From Chitinophagaceae bacterium (GTDB lineage: Bacteria; Bacteroidota; Bacteroidia; Chitinophagales; Chitinophagaceae): a stretch of DNA of 64,000 nucleotides. Position numbers and translations under genes: made by a program. The notes under the pieces were generated by a model. That model had not been told where the DNA came from. It searched no databases and saw only the letters and a list, made by a program, of their open reading frames with translations. Shown one piece after another: positions 38,880 to 48,900 of this stretch. Numbering within the stretch: position 1 is the stretch's first letter; each line of letters opens with the position of its first letter. The stretch is from NCBI GenBank assembly GCA_047602185.1, contig JASGHY010000001.1, forward strand, positions 3,915,166-3,979,165, given 5' to 3'.

Positions 38880-39113
38880 AAATATAACCGACCCTTAGCA
38901 AAGCTCTTTATTGTAAACAATGATTGCGCAAAAGAAGTGCCTCAGCGTATTGTAAGCCGGAGGCTTACATAGTACGTTTGTGCGCGCAAAACTACAGGTC
39001 TGCACAGGCAGATCGTACTGTTTGCTTTCAGCAGCTTATATTAAAGCGCACGCAGCTACAGTAAAACACGTAGAAAGTAATTCTGGTAACTACAGAAAAT
39101 GTTTACGGAATAA

Positions 39114-39707
39114 TCAACGAAAGGGTTGGTAAAATGCAATAGTAGCGAGCGATAGCATGGGTTTATCGCCACTGGTATCGCCATAGCAGTAAATTTCATC
39201 GTATTGTGAAAGGTCGTATGCCTCTTTGATCCTCCTTACCTTCTCATCTCCATAACAGTTCCTGCCGCTGATCTTCCCGGTTACAACATCGTTTTTCACC
39301 TGCAGCTCAGTAGCTATCAGTTTTAGTTGCAACTGTTTACACCACTCGCGCAGCCAGTTTTCAGCAGAGGCCGATACAATGACGATCTCAGCACCTGCAT
39401 CTTTTAACTGCTGGATCTCTTTCAAGGCTTTGGGGCGTATCAACGCGGGGATCTGTTCACGGGCAAAAGCATCGCAATGCTCCTGGAAGGCAGCAAGGGT
39501 TGTTTTACCAAAGAAGAGCTTTAGCACATTTTCCTTTGCTGACTGGTTGGAAATAATGCCCAGCTTGTAAGCTACCAGCAATGGACTGTTCAGCAAAAAG
39601 CCCAGGTATAGTTTAGCTGAGCCATGACGGTACCTGATCACTTCAAGTAAAGTGTCTTTAGTGGTGATGGTCCCATCAAAATCAAAAAAGGCAATCCGTC
39701 GGCTCAC
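39114..39707 (-). CDS. HAD-IB family hydrolase (phosphatase)
   Basis: DxD motif FFDFDGTITTKDT and C-terminal YGDTSGDKPML. The GTG start overlaps the SDR stop (GTGA). Confidence 0.8.
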   Translation of the reverse strand: MSRRIAFFDFDGTITTKDTLLEVIRYRHGSAKLYLGFLLNSPLLVAYKLGIISNQSAKENVLKLFFGKTTLAAFQEHCDAFAREQIPALIRPKALKEIQQLKDAGAEIVIVSASAENWLREWCKQLQLKLIATELQVKNDVVTGKISGRNCYGDEKVRRIKEAYDLSQYDEIYCYGDTSGDKPMLSLATIAFYQPFR

Positions 39708-40435
39708 AGTTTTAATTTTTTAAACATGAATTCGGGTATAGAGGTAATGATCAGCATTATCCAGCGCCAGAACCATTTTACATATACCACGTTTTTCTTT
39801 TTCAGTGTGGCTTTGTACACTACATTGGCCACATCTTCAGGCTTTGCAGTAAGCAAAGGTGGCAATGTAAGGTTCTCCGTCATGCGTGTGTACACAAAGC
39901 CCGGTTGCACACTTACCACATGTACGCCTTCATGGAACATGCGGTTACGCAGCCCTGACAAATAAGCTGTAAAACCCGCTTTGGCACTACCGTAAATATA
40001 ATTGCTCTGCCGGCCGCGCTGGCCTGCTACAGAGCTAATACCTACAATAACACCCTTTTTCTGTGCAGCATAATCATTGCTCACAACATTTAAGATAGAT
40101 ACAGCACCGGTATAGTTAGTAGCAATAATTCTTTCGCTTTCTTTCCAGTCTGCACGTGCCGTTTCGTTTTCGCCCAGGTAACCAAATACACAAACTGTAA
40201 TATCAGGTTTTACAGGCAATGAGGCCCAGAATGCAGGATGACTGTCAAACTGTACTGCATTAAACTCATATGCAGTGCAAGGCACATTGTAGCGGATAGC
40301 AATATCAGATTGCAGCGGCTGCAATCTTTCGGCATTCCGTGCTGCCAGTTGAATACCATATCCCTGCGATGCAAATTTCCTGGCAATTGCTACTGCCATG
40401 TCAGATGCTGCTCCTAAGATCAATACAGTTGCCAT
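39704..40435 (-). CDS. Short-chain dehydrogenase/reductase, DprE2-like
   Basis: VLILGAASDMAVAIARKFA cofactor motif and catalytic YGSAK. Operon context with a DPPR-synthase-like UbiA protein. Confidence 0.7.
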   Translation of the reverse strand: MATVLILGAASDMAVAIARKFASQGYGIQLAARNAERLQPLQSDIAIRYNVPCTAYEFNAVQFDSHPAFWASLPVKPDITVCVFGYLGENETARADWKESERIIATNYTGAVSILNVVSNDYAAQKKGVIVGISSVAGQRGRQSNYIYGSAKAGFTAYLSGLRNRMFHEGVHVVSVQPGFVYTRMTENLTLPPLLTAKPEDVANVVYKATLKKKNVVYVKWFWRWIMLIITSIPEFMFKKLKL

Positions 40436-40578
40436 GAGGTTCCGGGGTTAGCTTATAGTTTTAATATTATGCAAAGCCTGTTGGCATAAAAGCCTTCAGC
40501 CTATAAAAATAAAGGTTTTAATCAATGGAGTTCCATTTAGTCCATCAGGCAGCAAACGTTCAGGGGGCAGGTTATTGT

Positions 40579-41484
40579 TTACTTAGCAAAAACAGTAATA
40601 TCCTTCATATACAGGATAAAATAGAAGCTAAGCATCCACAATACGATAGTAACCTGGATGAAGCGGTCTTTATAAAGGATTTCGGTGGGTGAGCCTGCTT
40701 TGTTCTGTACAAAAGCGATCTGCAGGTAACGCATAATACCGGCAATTACAAACAAGGCAGTATAGTATAAACGGTGGCCAAACTGTTTGTACAATGCACC
40801 GGATACAGCATAATTGATATATGCCACAATCAGTACTGCACAGATAAGACCCAGTAAAATATTCAGGAAGTCAAGGCTGTACCCTTTGATAGCCTTGCGC
40901 ATGTCGGTGCCGGTAGAAAGTTTCAGCATTACATCGTCCCTGCGCTTGGCAATGGCCATAAACAGTGCCAGCAGGAAGGTCATGATCACCAGCCATTCAG
41001 TAATATCTATTCCCCCCAGTACACCACCGCCTTTTACACGCAGTACAAAACCTATTGACACGATGATAATGTCGAGAATTGAAATATTCTTCAATCCAAA
41101 ACAATATCCCATGTTCAGCACAAAATAGATACCGGTAATAAAGAGGAATTTCAAGCTACTGTCGAGAAGATAGCTGAGTGTTAAACCCGCAATCACCAAC
41201 ACGATACTGATAGCAAGCCCAGTAGATGTTTTTACCTTGCCGGAAGCCATGGGGCGCTTGCATTTTGTAGGATGCTTGCGGTCATCTTCCACATCACGGT
41301 AATCATTAATAATGTAAATGCTGCTCGCCAGGAAACTAAACGCAAAGAAGCCGCCTATCAACAGGCGAAACTGATCCATGGAATTAAATGGGTCAAATAG
41401 TTTACCCGCAAAAAAAGACGGTATAAACAGGAACAGGTTCTTTGCCCAATCTTTAGGCCTCAATAACTTAATATACTCTACCAT
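40579..41484 (-). CDS. UbiA-family prenyltransferase, decaprenyl-phosphate phosphoribosyltransferase-like
   Basis: NDYRDVEDDRKHPTKCKRPMASG motif resembling the Rv3806c family, plus about eight TM segments. Confidence 0.75.
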   Translation of the reverse strand: MVEYIKLLRPKDWAKNLFLFIPSFFAGKLFDPFNSMDQFRLLIGGFFAFSFLASSIYIINDYRDVEDDRKHPTKCKRPMASGKVKTSTGLAISIVLVIAGLTLSYLLDSSLKFLFITGIYFVLNMGYCFGLKNISILDIIIVSIGFVLRVKGGGVLGGIDITEWLVIMTFLLALFMAIAKRRDDVMLKLSTGTDMRKAIKGYSLDFLNILLGLICAVLIVAYINYAVSGALYKQFGHRLYYTALFVIAGIMRYLQIAFVQNKAGSPTEILYKDRFIQVTIVLWMLSFYFILYMKDITVFAK

Positions 41485-41789
41485 GAATCTGACATTACCG
41501 TGCCAAGATACAGCACAAAAGGCTTTTATGCAATACCACGAATGGGGCTATGCTTAAAAACGGCGGTTTTTGGGTAGATAAAAAGTATATCTACGTTAAT
41601 TCTTCCGTGCTGTTTGCGGGTATTCTATTTCAAAAATCCTTGCGTGTTTAGTTTTCAATCTGTAATTTGACCCCGTTTTTAAGGGTTGATCGTACCACCC
41701 GACATAGTTGTACAGGAATCACCCCATCCTGATATCCGGAATGCCTCCCTTTTTCTCAACTCCTCTTACCAAAAAACAAGAGACATTCA

Positions 41790-43409
41790 ATGAAACGTAT
41801 CTTATCTGCTGCCGAGGTTGTAATTATTGTAGCTGTTGCCTGTTTGCCGCTGGTAGCAACCCTGCCGTACCGCATTAATATTTTTCTGTCGTGGGAAGGC
41901 GCTTATCGTCTTTACCAGGGACAACTGCCTTATCGTGATTTTGGTATGCCTGTTGGCTATATGTACTGGGTAGTGCCTGCCATTTTTTTCAAAATATTCG
42001 GCCCACAATTAATAACACTCATCAAAGCACAGGCATTTCTCAATATTATCGGAGGCCTGGCATTCCGTTCTATTTTTAAAAGCCTGCAAGTTCAATATCC
42101 CATCCGTTTTATGGCAGTACTGGTATTCTGCCTCTCCTACTCCTTTTTTAATTACTGGCCCTGGTACAACCAAACTGTAATAATATATGAACTGGTGGGA
42201 CTTGCCTTTCTGCTGAAGTTTGTTTTTGCAACAACACCAGGATCTAAATATGCATGGCTGGCATTGTCTGCCATTTTTATATTCTTTTCCTTCTTTACCA
42301 AACAGGATGGTGGCGGGTTGGCACTGTTGATCTGCCTGGCATTGCTTGCGTACAATGCTTTACAGGAAAAGAACTGGTGGCCTCCTGTGATCTTTACCGG
42401 TGCATTTATTATAACCGGTGTATTAATGATACTGCCGTTTACAAAGTATGAGTTTGGTTACTGGTTCAATCATGGTCAGCCACCTCATAGCTCACGTATT
42501 TCGATAGCAGACATCATCAAAGAATTTTTATCAGCTTCGCAATGGCTCAAATTCTATATCCTGATCATTGCTTTACTGCTGCTGGCTTCTATTAAAAATT
42601 TCAAAACATGGTGGCAGAATAAACAACAGGTGATCTTTACGCTGCTTACACTGGGCATACTGGCCGAAGCTGCTATTTTCCAGGTAACCAGCTATGTACC
42701 TGTAGACAACAATATCTTCTTCCACAGCTTTGCATTTGTTTTTATCATCTCTCTTTTATCAATACAGTTACCGGTAGATTTTTCAAAGAAACTGCCGATG
42801 GCAGTTGGTACACTGGGCGTATTACTCTGGTGGAGCCCCGTGTACTGGAAATATGTAGAACGTTTTGTGCTGAAACCCGGCAGTGAAACCTATACTACCA
42901 ATACACACGCAGGCTATACCTATGCCAACGTAGTAAACCGCAATACATTCATCATTGACCTGGATACAACCGAGATCCCTATGAGTCAATGGCGTGTTCC
43001 CAATCTTAAATCATTCCGCAAGGTATTACTGCCCGGCCCTACAGTAGATGGTATCGAACGCCTGATGAACATGGACCTTGTAAAGAACAATAAGAACCTG
43101 AAAGTGCTGAACATGTCCGAGCTGACACCATTGGCAGCCGAAGTTCCTTTTCAACTGGAAGCTGGTCCTTACTATCCATTGTGGTTTCACAAAGGCGTAG
43201 GCATGTTTGATAAGGAAACCAATATGTTTATCAATCGTATTCAGCAAAAGCAATACGACCTTGTATTGTACGAATACATTCCATACCTCAATAATTTTTA
43301 TCCTTTCTCCATTCGCGAAGCATTGCAGGCAAATTATAAACGCGTGGATTCATTTGTAGCTCCCCGCAAACCATCTACAGACGCATGGGTAGAGGTGTAT
43401 GTGAAGTAG
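41790..43409 (+). CDS. Polytopic membrane protein, putative GT-C-fold glycosyltransferase
   Basis: Many hydrophobic segments over ~340 aa, then a ~190-aa soluble C-terminal domain. The first loop, GQLPYRDFGMPVGY, resembles the acidic loop motif of ArnT/PMT_2-type enzymes. Confidence 0.45.
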   Translation: MKRILSAAEVVIIVAVACLPLVATLPYRINIFLSWEGAYRLYQGQLPYRDFGMPVGYMYWVVPAIFFKIFGPQLITLIKAQAFLNIIGGLAFRSIFKSLQVQYPIRFMAVLVFCLSYSFFNYWPWYNQTVIIYELVGLAFLLKFVFATTPGSKYAWLALSAIFIFFSFFTKQDGGGLALLICLALLAYNALQEKNWWPPVIFTGAFIITGVLMILPFTKYEFGYWFNHGQPPHSSRISIADIIKEFLSASQWLKFYILIIALLLLASIKNFKTWWQNKQQVIFTLLTLGILAEAAIFQVTSYVPVDNNIFFHSFAFVFIISLLSIQLPVDFSKKLPMAVGTLGVLLWWSPVYWKYVERFVLKPGSETYTTNTHAGYTYANVVNRNTFIIDLDTTEIPMSQWRVPNLKSFRKVLLPGPTVDGIERLMNMDLVKNNKNLKVLNMSELTPLAAEVPFQLEAGPYYPLWFHKGVGMFDKETNMFINRIQQKQYDLVLYEYIPYLNNFYPFSIREALQANYKRVDSFVAPRKPSTDAWVEVYVK

Positions 43410-43649
43410 TGAGGGGACGTGAATCGTGAGACGTCAGTCGTGAGTGGAGAAACGTGAAATGTCAAACGTGAAACGGAAATACAGGTTGCAGGATACCAGA
43501 TGCCGGTTACAGGTTACTGGATGCCCGATCCTGGATTTGAGATTCGAATAACTGCAAATTGCCAACTGCTAACTGGCTTTCGGTCTTTCCGACTTGCAGA
43601 CTTGTATTCGTGTGACTTCATACTTCAGTATTCTCCCTCAATTCTTTAA
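43410..43649. repeat. Composite heptamer-periodic repeat element (copy 2, inverted relative to 4836-5251)
   Basis: 43453-43484 is the reverse complement of 5078-5109 (32 nt exact), and 43549-43569 is the reverse complement of 4916-4936 (21 nt exact). Confidence 0.9.
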
Positions 43650-43676
43650 TTTGCGCCCATCAAAGGAACTACTGAC

Positions 43677-45770
43677 ATATTAGCCAATCCGATTGAATAC
43701 CTGAAAGGCGTAGGACCACAACGTGCCGACCTGCTTAAAAAGGAACTGAACCTTTTCACGTTTAAGGACCTGCTGGAGCTTTTTCCTTACCGGCATGTTG
43801 ATAAGACCAAGATCAACCAGATCAAAGAAATTACTCCCCAAACAGAGTTCATACAAATTGCCGGCAGACTTACCAGCCTGAATATGGTGGGTGAGAAAAG
43901 AGGCAAACGCCTGGTAGGCGAAATACGTGATGCTTCAGGCACATTGGAGCTGGTATGGTTCCAGGGGGTTACATGGATTGAGAAATCATTGTCAATCGGC
44001 CAGATCTATCTCGTTTATGGCCGTGTAAGCTTTTTCCAGGGGCTGCCGCAGATCACGCACCCTGAAATAGAAGTACTGACCCCGCAGGGTAATGAGGGCA
44101 AAAGTTTTCTTGAACCCGTTTACCCCAGTACCGAAAAACTAAAGGCCCGTGGCCTGGGAGGCCGGCAGATCGCCAAACTATCCCAGACCCTTTTTACCCT
44201 TTTAAAAGAAAAAGATATTCCTGAAAACCTGCCAGACAGTGTGTTGCAAATGCTGCAACTGGTACCGCGTTTCCAGGCATTTTCGCATATACATTTTCCG
44301 CCTGACGCCAATGCCTGGCAAAAAGCAACCGACAGGCTGAAATTTGAAGAGTTTTTTATTGCCCAGCTCAGGATGGCACTCATCAAGGGACAACGCCACC
44401 GCTACTCCAAAGGCATCACTTTTGGGCAGGTGGGCGAAATGTTCAATACTTTTTACGAAAAGCACCTTCCCTTTCAGCTTACCAACGCTCAAAAAAGGGT
44501 AATCCGCGAAATAAGACAGGATACCGGCAAGGGAATGCAGATGAACCGCCTGTTACAGGGAGATGTAGGGAGTGGAAAAACCATTGTAGCCCTGCTGGTT
44601 ATGCTGCTGGCTATTGACAACGGCTACCAATCGACCCTGATGGCCCCTACCGAAATACTTGCCCAGCAGCACTTTCTCAATATCAGCAAGCTGGTAAAAG
44701 ACCTGCCGTTGCAGGTACGTTTACTGACCGGCTCGGTAAAAACCGCCGAACGCAGGCAGATACTGCAACAGCTTGCCGCAGGCGAAATACACTTTTTAAT
44801 TGGGACCCACGCAATATTAGAGGATACTGTGCAGTTTCATAGGTTGGGAATGGCCATTGTGGACGAACAGCACAGGTTTGGCGTAGCGCAACGCGCACGC
44901 CTGTGGGAAAAAGCTGCTGTGCCGCCACATGTACTGGTAATGACGGCCACCCCCATACCCCGAACCCTGGCAATGACAGCCTATGGCGATCTTGATTATA
45001 GCGTAATAGATGAGCTGCCGCCCAACCGTAAACCCATTTTTACCGTACATCGTAATGAGAGCAGGCGTAGCCAGGTGATGGATTTTATCCGTTCTGAACT
45101 GGACAAAGGACGACAGGCCTATATTGTTTTTCCCCTGATTGAAGAATCCGAAAAGCTGGATTACGAAGACCTGATGAAAGGGTACGAAAATGTGAAAGCT
45201 TACTTTCCCGAGCCCCGTTATTGGATCAGCATGGTGCATGGCCGCCAGACCAACGAAATACGGGAAACCAATATGCAACGTTTTAAGCAACATGATACTC
45301 ACATACTTGTTGGCACTACAGTGATTGAAGTGGGAGTGGATGTACCAAATGCCAGCGTAATGGTAATTGAAAGTGCTGAAAAATTTGGTTTATCGCAGTT
45401 GCACCAGTTGCGTGGCCGCGTGGGAAGGGGAAGTGAAAAAAGCTTTTGCATTTTATTAACAGGCAGCAAACTGAGCAATGAAGCACGTGAACGTTTAAAG
45501 ACCATGTGCGCCACCAGCGATGGATTTAAGATTGCGGAAAAAGATCTTGAATTGCGCGGACCGGGTGATATTGAGGGTACAAGACAAAGTGGTATGCTTA
45601 ATTTTAAACTGGCCAGCATTACACAGGACCGGAATTGGCTGGAAGCCGCACGAAAGATTGCGGAAAAAATTACAGACGAAGATCCGGACCTGACAAGTGC
45701 AGAGAACCAGCGGTTGAAAAATTTTCTGCAATCATTGCAGGGCAAAACTATATGGAGTAAAATCTCCTGA
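43677..45770 (+). CDS. recG: ATP-dependent DNA helicase RecG (5' end uncertain: no ATG/GTG/TTG upstream of 43884)
   Basis: GDVGSGKT, DEQHRFG, TATPIPRTL and QLRGRVGRG motifs. The frame is open from 43650 and encodes RecG-like ANPIEYLKGVGPQRADLLKKEL before the first Met at 43884. Confidence 0.85.
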   Translation: MLANPIEYLKGVGPQRADLLKKELNLFTFKDLLELFPYRHVDKTKINQIKEITPQTEFIQIAGRLTSLNMVGEKRGKRLVGEIRDASGTLELVWFQGVTWIEKSLSIGQIYLVYGRVSFFQGLPQITHPEIEVLTPQGNEGKSFLEPVYPSTEKLKARGLGGRQIAKLSQTLFTLLKEKDIPENLPDSVLQMLQLVPRFQAFSHIHFPPDANAWQKATDRLKFEEFFIAQLRMALIKGQRHRYSKGITFGQVGEMFNTFYEKHLPFQLTNAQKRVIREIRQDTGKGMQMNRLLQGDVGSGKTIVALLVMLLAIDNGYQSTLMAPTEILAQQHFLNISKLVKDLPLQVRLLTGSVKTAERRQILQQLAAGEIHFLIGTHAILEDTVQFHRLGMAIVDEQHRFGVAQRARLWEKAAVPPHVLVMTATPIPRTLAMTAYGDLDYSVIDELPPNRKPIFTVHRNESRRSQVMDFIRSELDKGRQAYIVFPLIEESEKLDYEDLMKGYENVKAYFPEPRYWISMVHGRQTNEIRETNMQRFKQHDTHILVGTTVIEVGVDVPNASVMVIESAEKFGLSQLHQLRGRVGRGSEKSFCILLTGSKLSNEARERLKTMCATSDGFKIAEKDLELRGPGDIEGTRQSGMLNFKLASITQDRNWLEAARKIAEKITDEDPDLTSAENQRLKNFLQSLQGKTIWSKIS

Positions 45771-45929
45771 TCCATGTACCTTTGAAAGATCAATCTCCCC
45801 CCAAACCAATTCACTTCTGCTTATTACTGTCTGACAGGCGGCTTAAAAATGGAATTAAAATTCATCACAGTGCTGGTGCGTTTTAACCGTAGAACACGTT
45901 TTATTAAGTAAATTGTAAAAAAGGAAACC

Positions 45930-48900
45930 TTGGCAAGGAAATGTTTAATAATCGTTGCGTTCCTCACAATGACCCTTTGTAAATTAACTGCACAAAGCGG
46001 AGCTGCGTTTGAATTTATACAGAACAAAGGTCAGTGGGAAAAAGAAGTAAAGTTTAAAGGGGAGTTTCCGACCGGTGCTTTTTTTCTTGAGCAAAAAGGC
46101 TTCTCCGTACTGCAATATAGCGGTGATGACCTGTGGGCACTACACCAGTTACGTCACAGCGGCAATATTCCCGCCGGCAACACAAGTTCAAAAAAAGGCG
46201 CTACAAAAGTAAATGGTCACACTGTGGTAGATAATACCGGTGGCGGATCAGGAGGCAGCAATAGCAACAGCTTTATTGTTCACTCACACATGTATCGCGT
46301 AACGTTTGACGGTGCTTCAGACAACGCAAGCATCCTTCCTGATAAAGTAGTACCCTCTTACAACAACTATATCATTGGCAACGATCCTTCCAAATGGGCG
46401 TCGCATGTTCCCTTATTCCAGGCAGTAACCTATAAAAATATTTATCCCAATATCGATCTGCGCTACTATTCAGAAGGTGGTCGTTTAAAATATGATATCA
46501 TCGTAAATCCCGGTGGAGATGTAAACCAGATCGCGATGAAGTATGAAGGTGCTGATAAGCTTTCTGTAAAAAGCGGAGAGCTGGTGATCAAAACATCTAT
46601 CGGTGAATTTAAGGAACTGGCCCCTTATTCATACCAGTATGATAAAGCGGCAGGCAAGCAGGAAATTACCGCCTCTTATGTGATCACCAACAATACTGTA
46701 AGATTTCGTGTAGCCAACTACTCCAAAAGCAGTACACTGATCATTGACCCTACGCTGGTTTTCTGTTCTTTTACCGGTAGTACGGCAGAAAACTATGGAT
46801 TCACAGCTACCCCCGGCCCGGGAGGAACTTTCTTCTCCGGTAGTATCGTGTTTGGCCCCGGCTTTCGTACCAGCCCCGGTGCTTTCCAGGAAAATTTCCA
46901 GGGAGGTAATGGCGATCAGCATAAAGACATTGGCATTCTTAAGTTCAGTGCCGATGGCTCCCAGCGTTTATATGCTACTTACCTGGGCAGCTCAAACGGC
47001 AACGACTATCCACATAGTATCATTTCTGACGGAGCAGGCAACCTGGTGGTAATGGGTCGCACATACGGCAGTAATTACCCCGGCTCTGTTATTGAAAAAA
47101 GCACAGGCTCAGCAAAAGGTTGCGACATAGTAGTAACCAGGTTGCTGGCTGATGGCTCTAACTACAGCGGCTCATTACGCATTGGTGGCAGCGGCCCAGA
47201 TGGCAACAACGTATCTGACCTGCAGGAAGGTGACAGATACCAGGCTAATTCTATCCTGCGCTTTTATGGTGATGATTCACGTAGCGAAGTAACATTAGAT
47301 GCCAGCGGTAACATCTATGTGGCTGCACAAACACGTTCTACAGATTTCCCCATTCGCGGAGGTTTCCAGCCTAATCCCGGCAGTACAGATGGCAACCAGG
47401 ATGGCGTGGTACTGAAAATAAACCCTGCCTGTACAGATATGATCTGGAGCAGCTACATCGGCGGCAGTGCCAATGATGGAGCTTTTGTAATATCAGTAAA
47501 CCCTCTCACCAACGATGTGTTTGTAGGTGGCGCCACTGAAAGCAGCGCAGCTTCTTTCCCGGGCAATACAACCGGCGCTTACCAAACAGGTCCTCAGGGA
47601 GGCAGTGATGGTTATGTAGCTCAGATCAGTAACGATGGTTCTACACTTATCAAAAAAACATATCTCGGTACCAACGCTTACGACGCAGTGTACGGTATCA
47701 AGTTCGACAGGTTTGGCATCCCCTATATAATGGGTACTACTCAAGGCGCCTGGCCGGTATTGAATGCTGCTTATAGCGTTGCAAATTCGAGCCAGTTCGT
47801 TGCCAAGCTAAAAACCGACCTCTCTGGATTCATTTACTCCACGGTATTTGGCAGTGGCAGTCGTAAACCCAATATATCGCCGGTAGCCTTCCTGGTAGAC
47901 CGTTGTGAAAACGTCTATATCTCAGGATGGGGCGGCTGGCTCAACGGAAGTGAGGATCCTTTCGATATGGCAGGTCCGGTAGGCATGGGTTCTACACCCG
48001 ATGCCATTAAGCCTGAAGCAAGATCAGACAACAAAGATTTTTATTTCATTGTGATCAGGAAAGACGCTGCATCACGATTGTATGCAACCTTTTTTGGTCA
48101 GACAGGAGGTGAAGGTGAGCACGTAGATGGAGGAACCAGCCGGTACGATGAAGAAGGTGTAATATACCAGGCTATCTGTGCCAACTGTTTTGGCAGCAGG
48201 GCCGGAACCATTTCCTCCCCCTTTCCTACCACACCGGGTGTATGGGCCGAAACAAACGGAACCGGCGACAGGGGATGTAACCTGGCGGCAGTAAAAATCG
48301 CTTTCAACTTTGCAGGTGTAGGTACTGGTGTAAAATCCTTTGTAGGTGGCGTAGCTGATACATTGGGTTGCGTTCCATTTACAGTAGAGTTCAGGGATAC
48401 CATCCACAACGCGAAAACATATATCTGGGACTTTGGTGATGGCAGCCCTGAGATCACGACTACTGAGTTTGTACAAAGCCATACTTATAACAACGTAGGT
48501 AATTTCCGGGTACGGTTGATTGCGATTGACTCTACTACCTGTAACATTTCGGATACTTCTTACACCACCATCCGTGTACGTAATGACCCGGCAACTATTG
48601 ATTTTGATTTTGTAAAACTGGACCCCTGTGAATCATTGTCGTACAGGTTTGATAACTTATCAGTGCCTGCTCCGGGAAAAGCATTTAATGATACTTCATT
48701 CACCTGGGATTTTGGCGATGGCATTCGCGTACGCTCCGGCATTACAGCCATTACACACGCCTATGCAGCCGCAGGCACCTACAATATAAAACTCATTCTA
48801 ACAGATACCAGCTTCTGTAATGCGCCTGATTCGGTCACCAAACGGCTATCCGTAGCAGCTAATGTAGATGCCCGGTTTGAGACGCCCGCTATGGGTTGCG

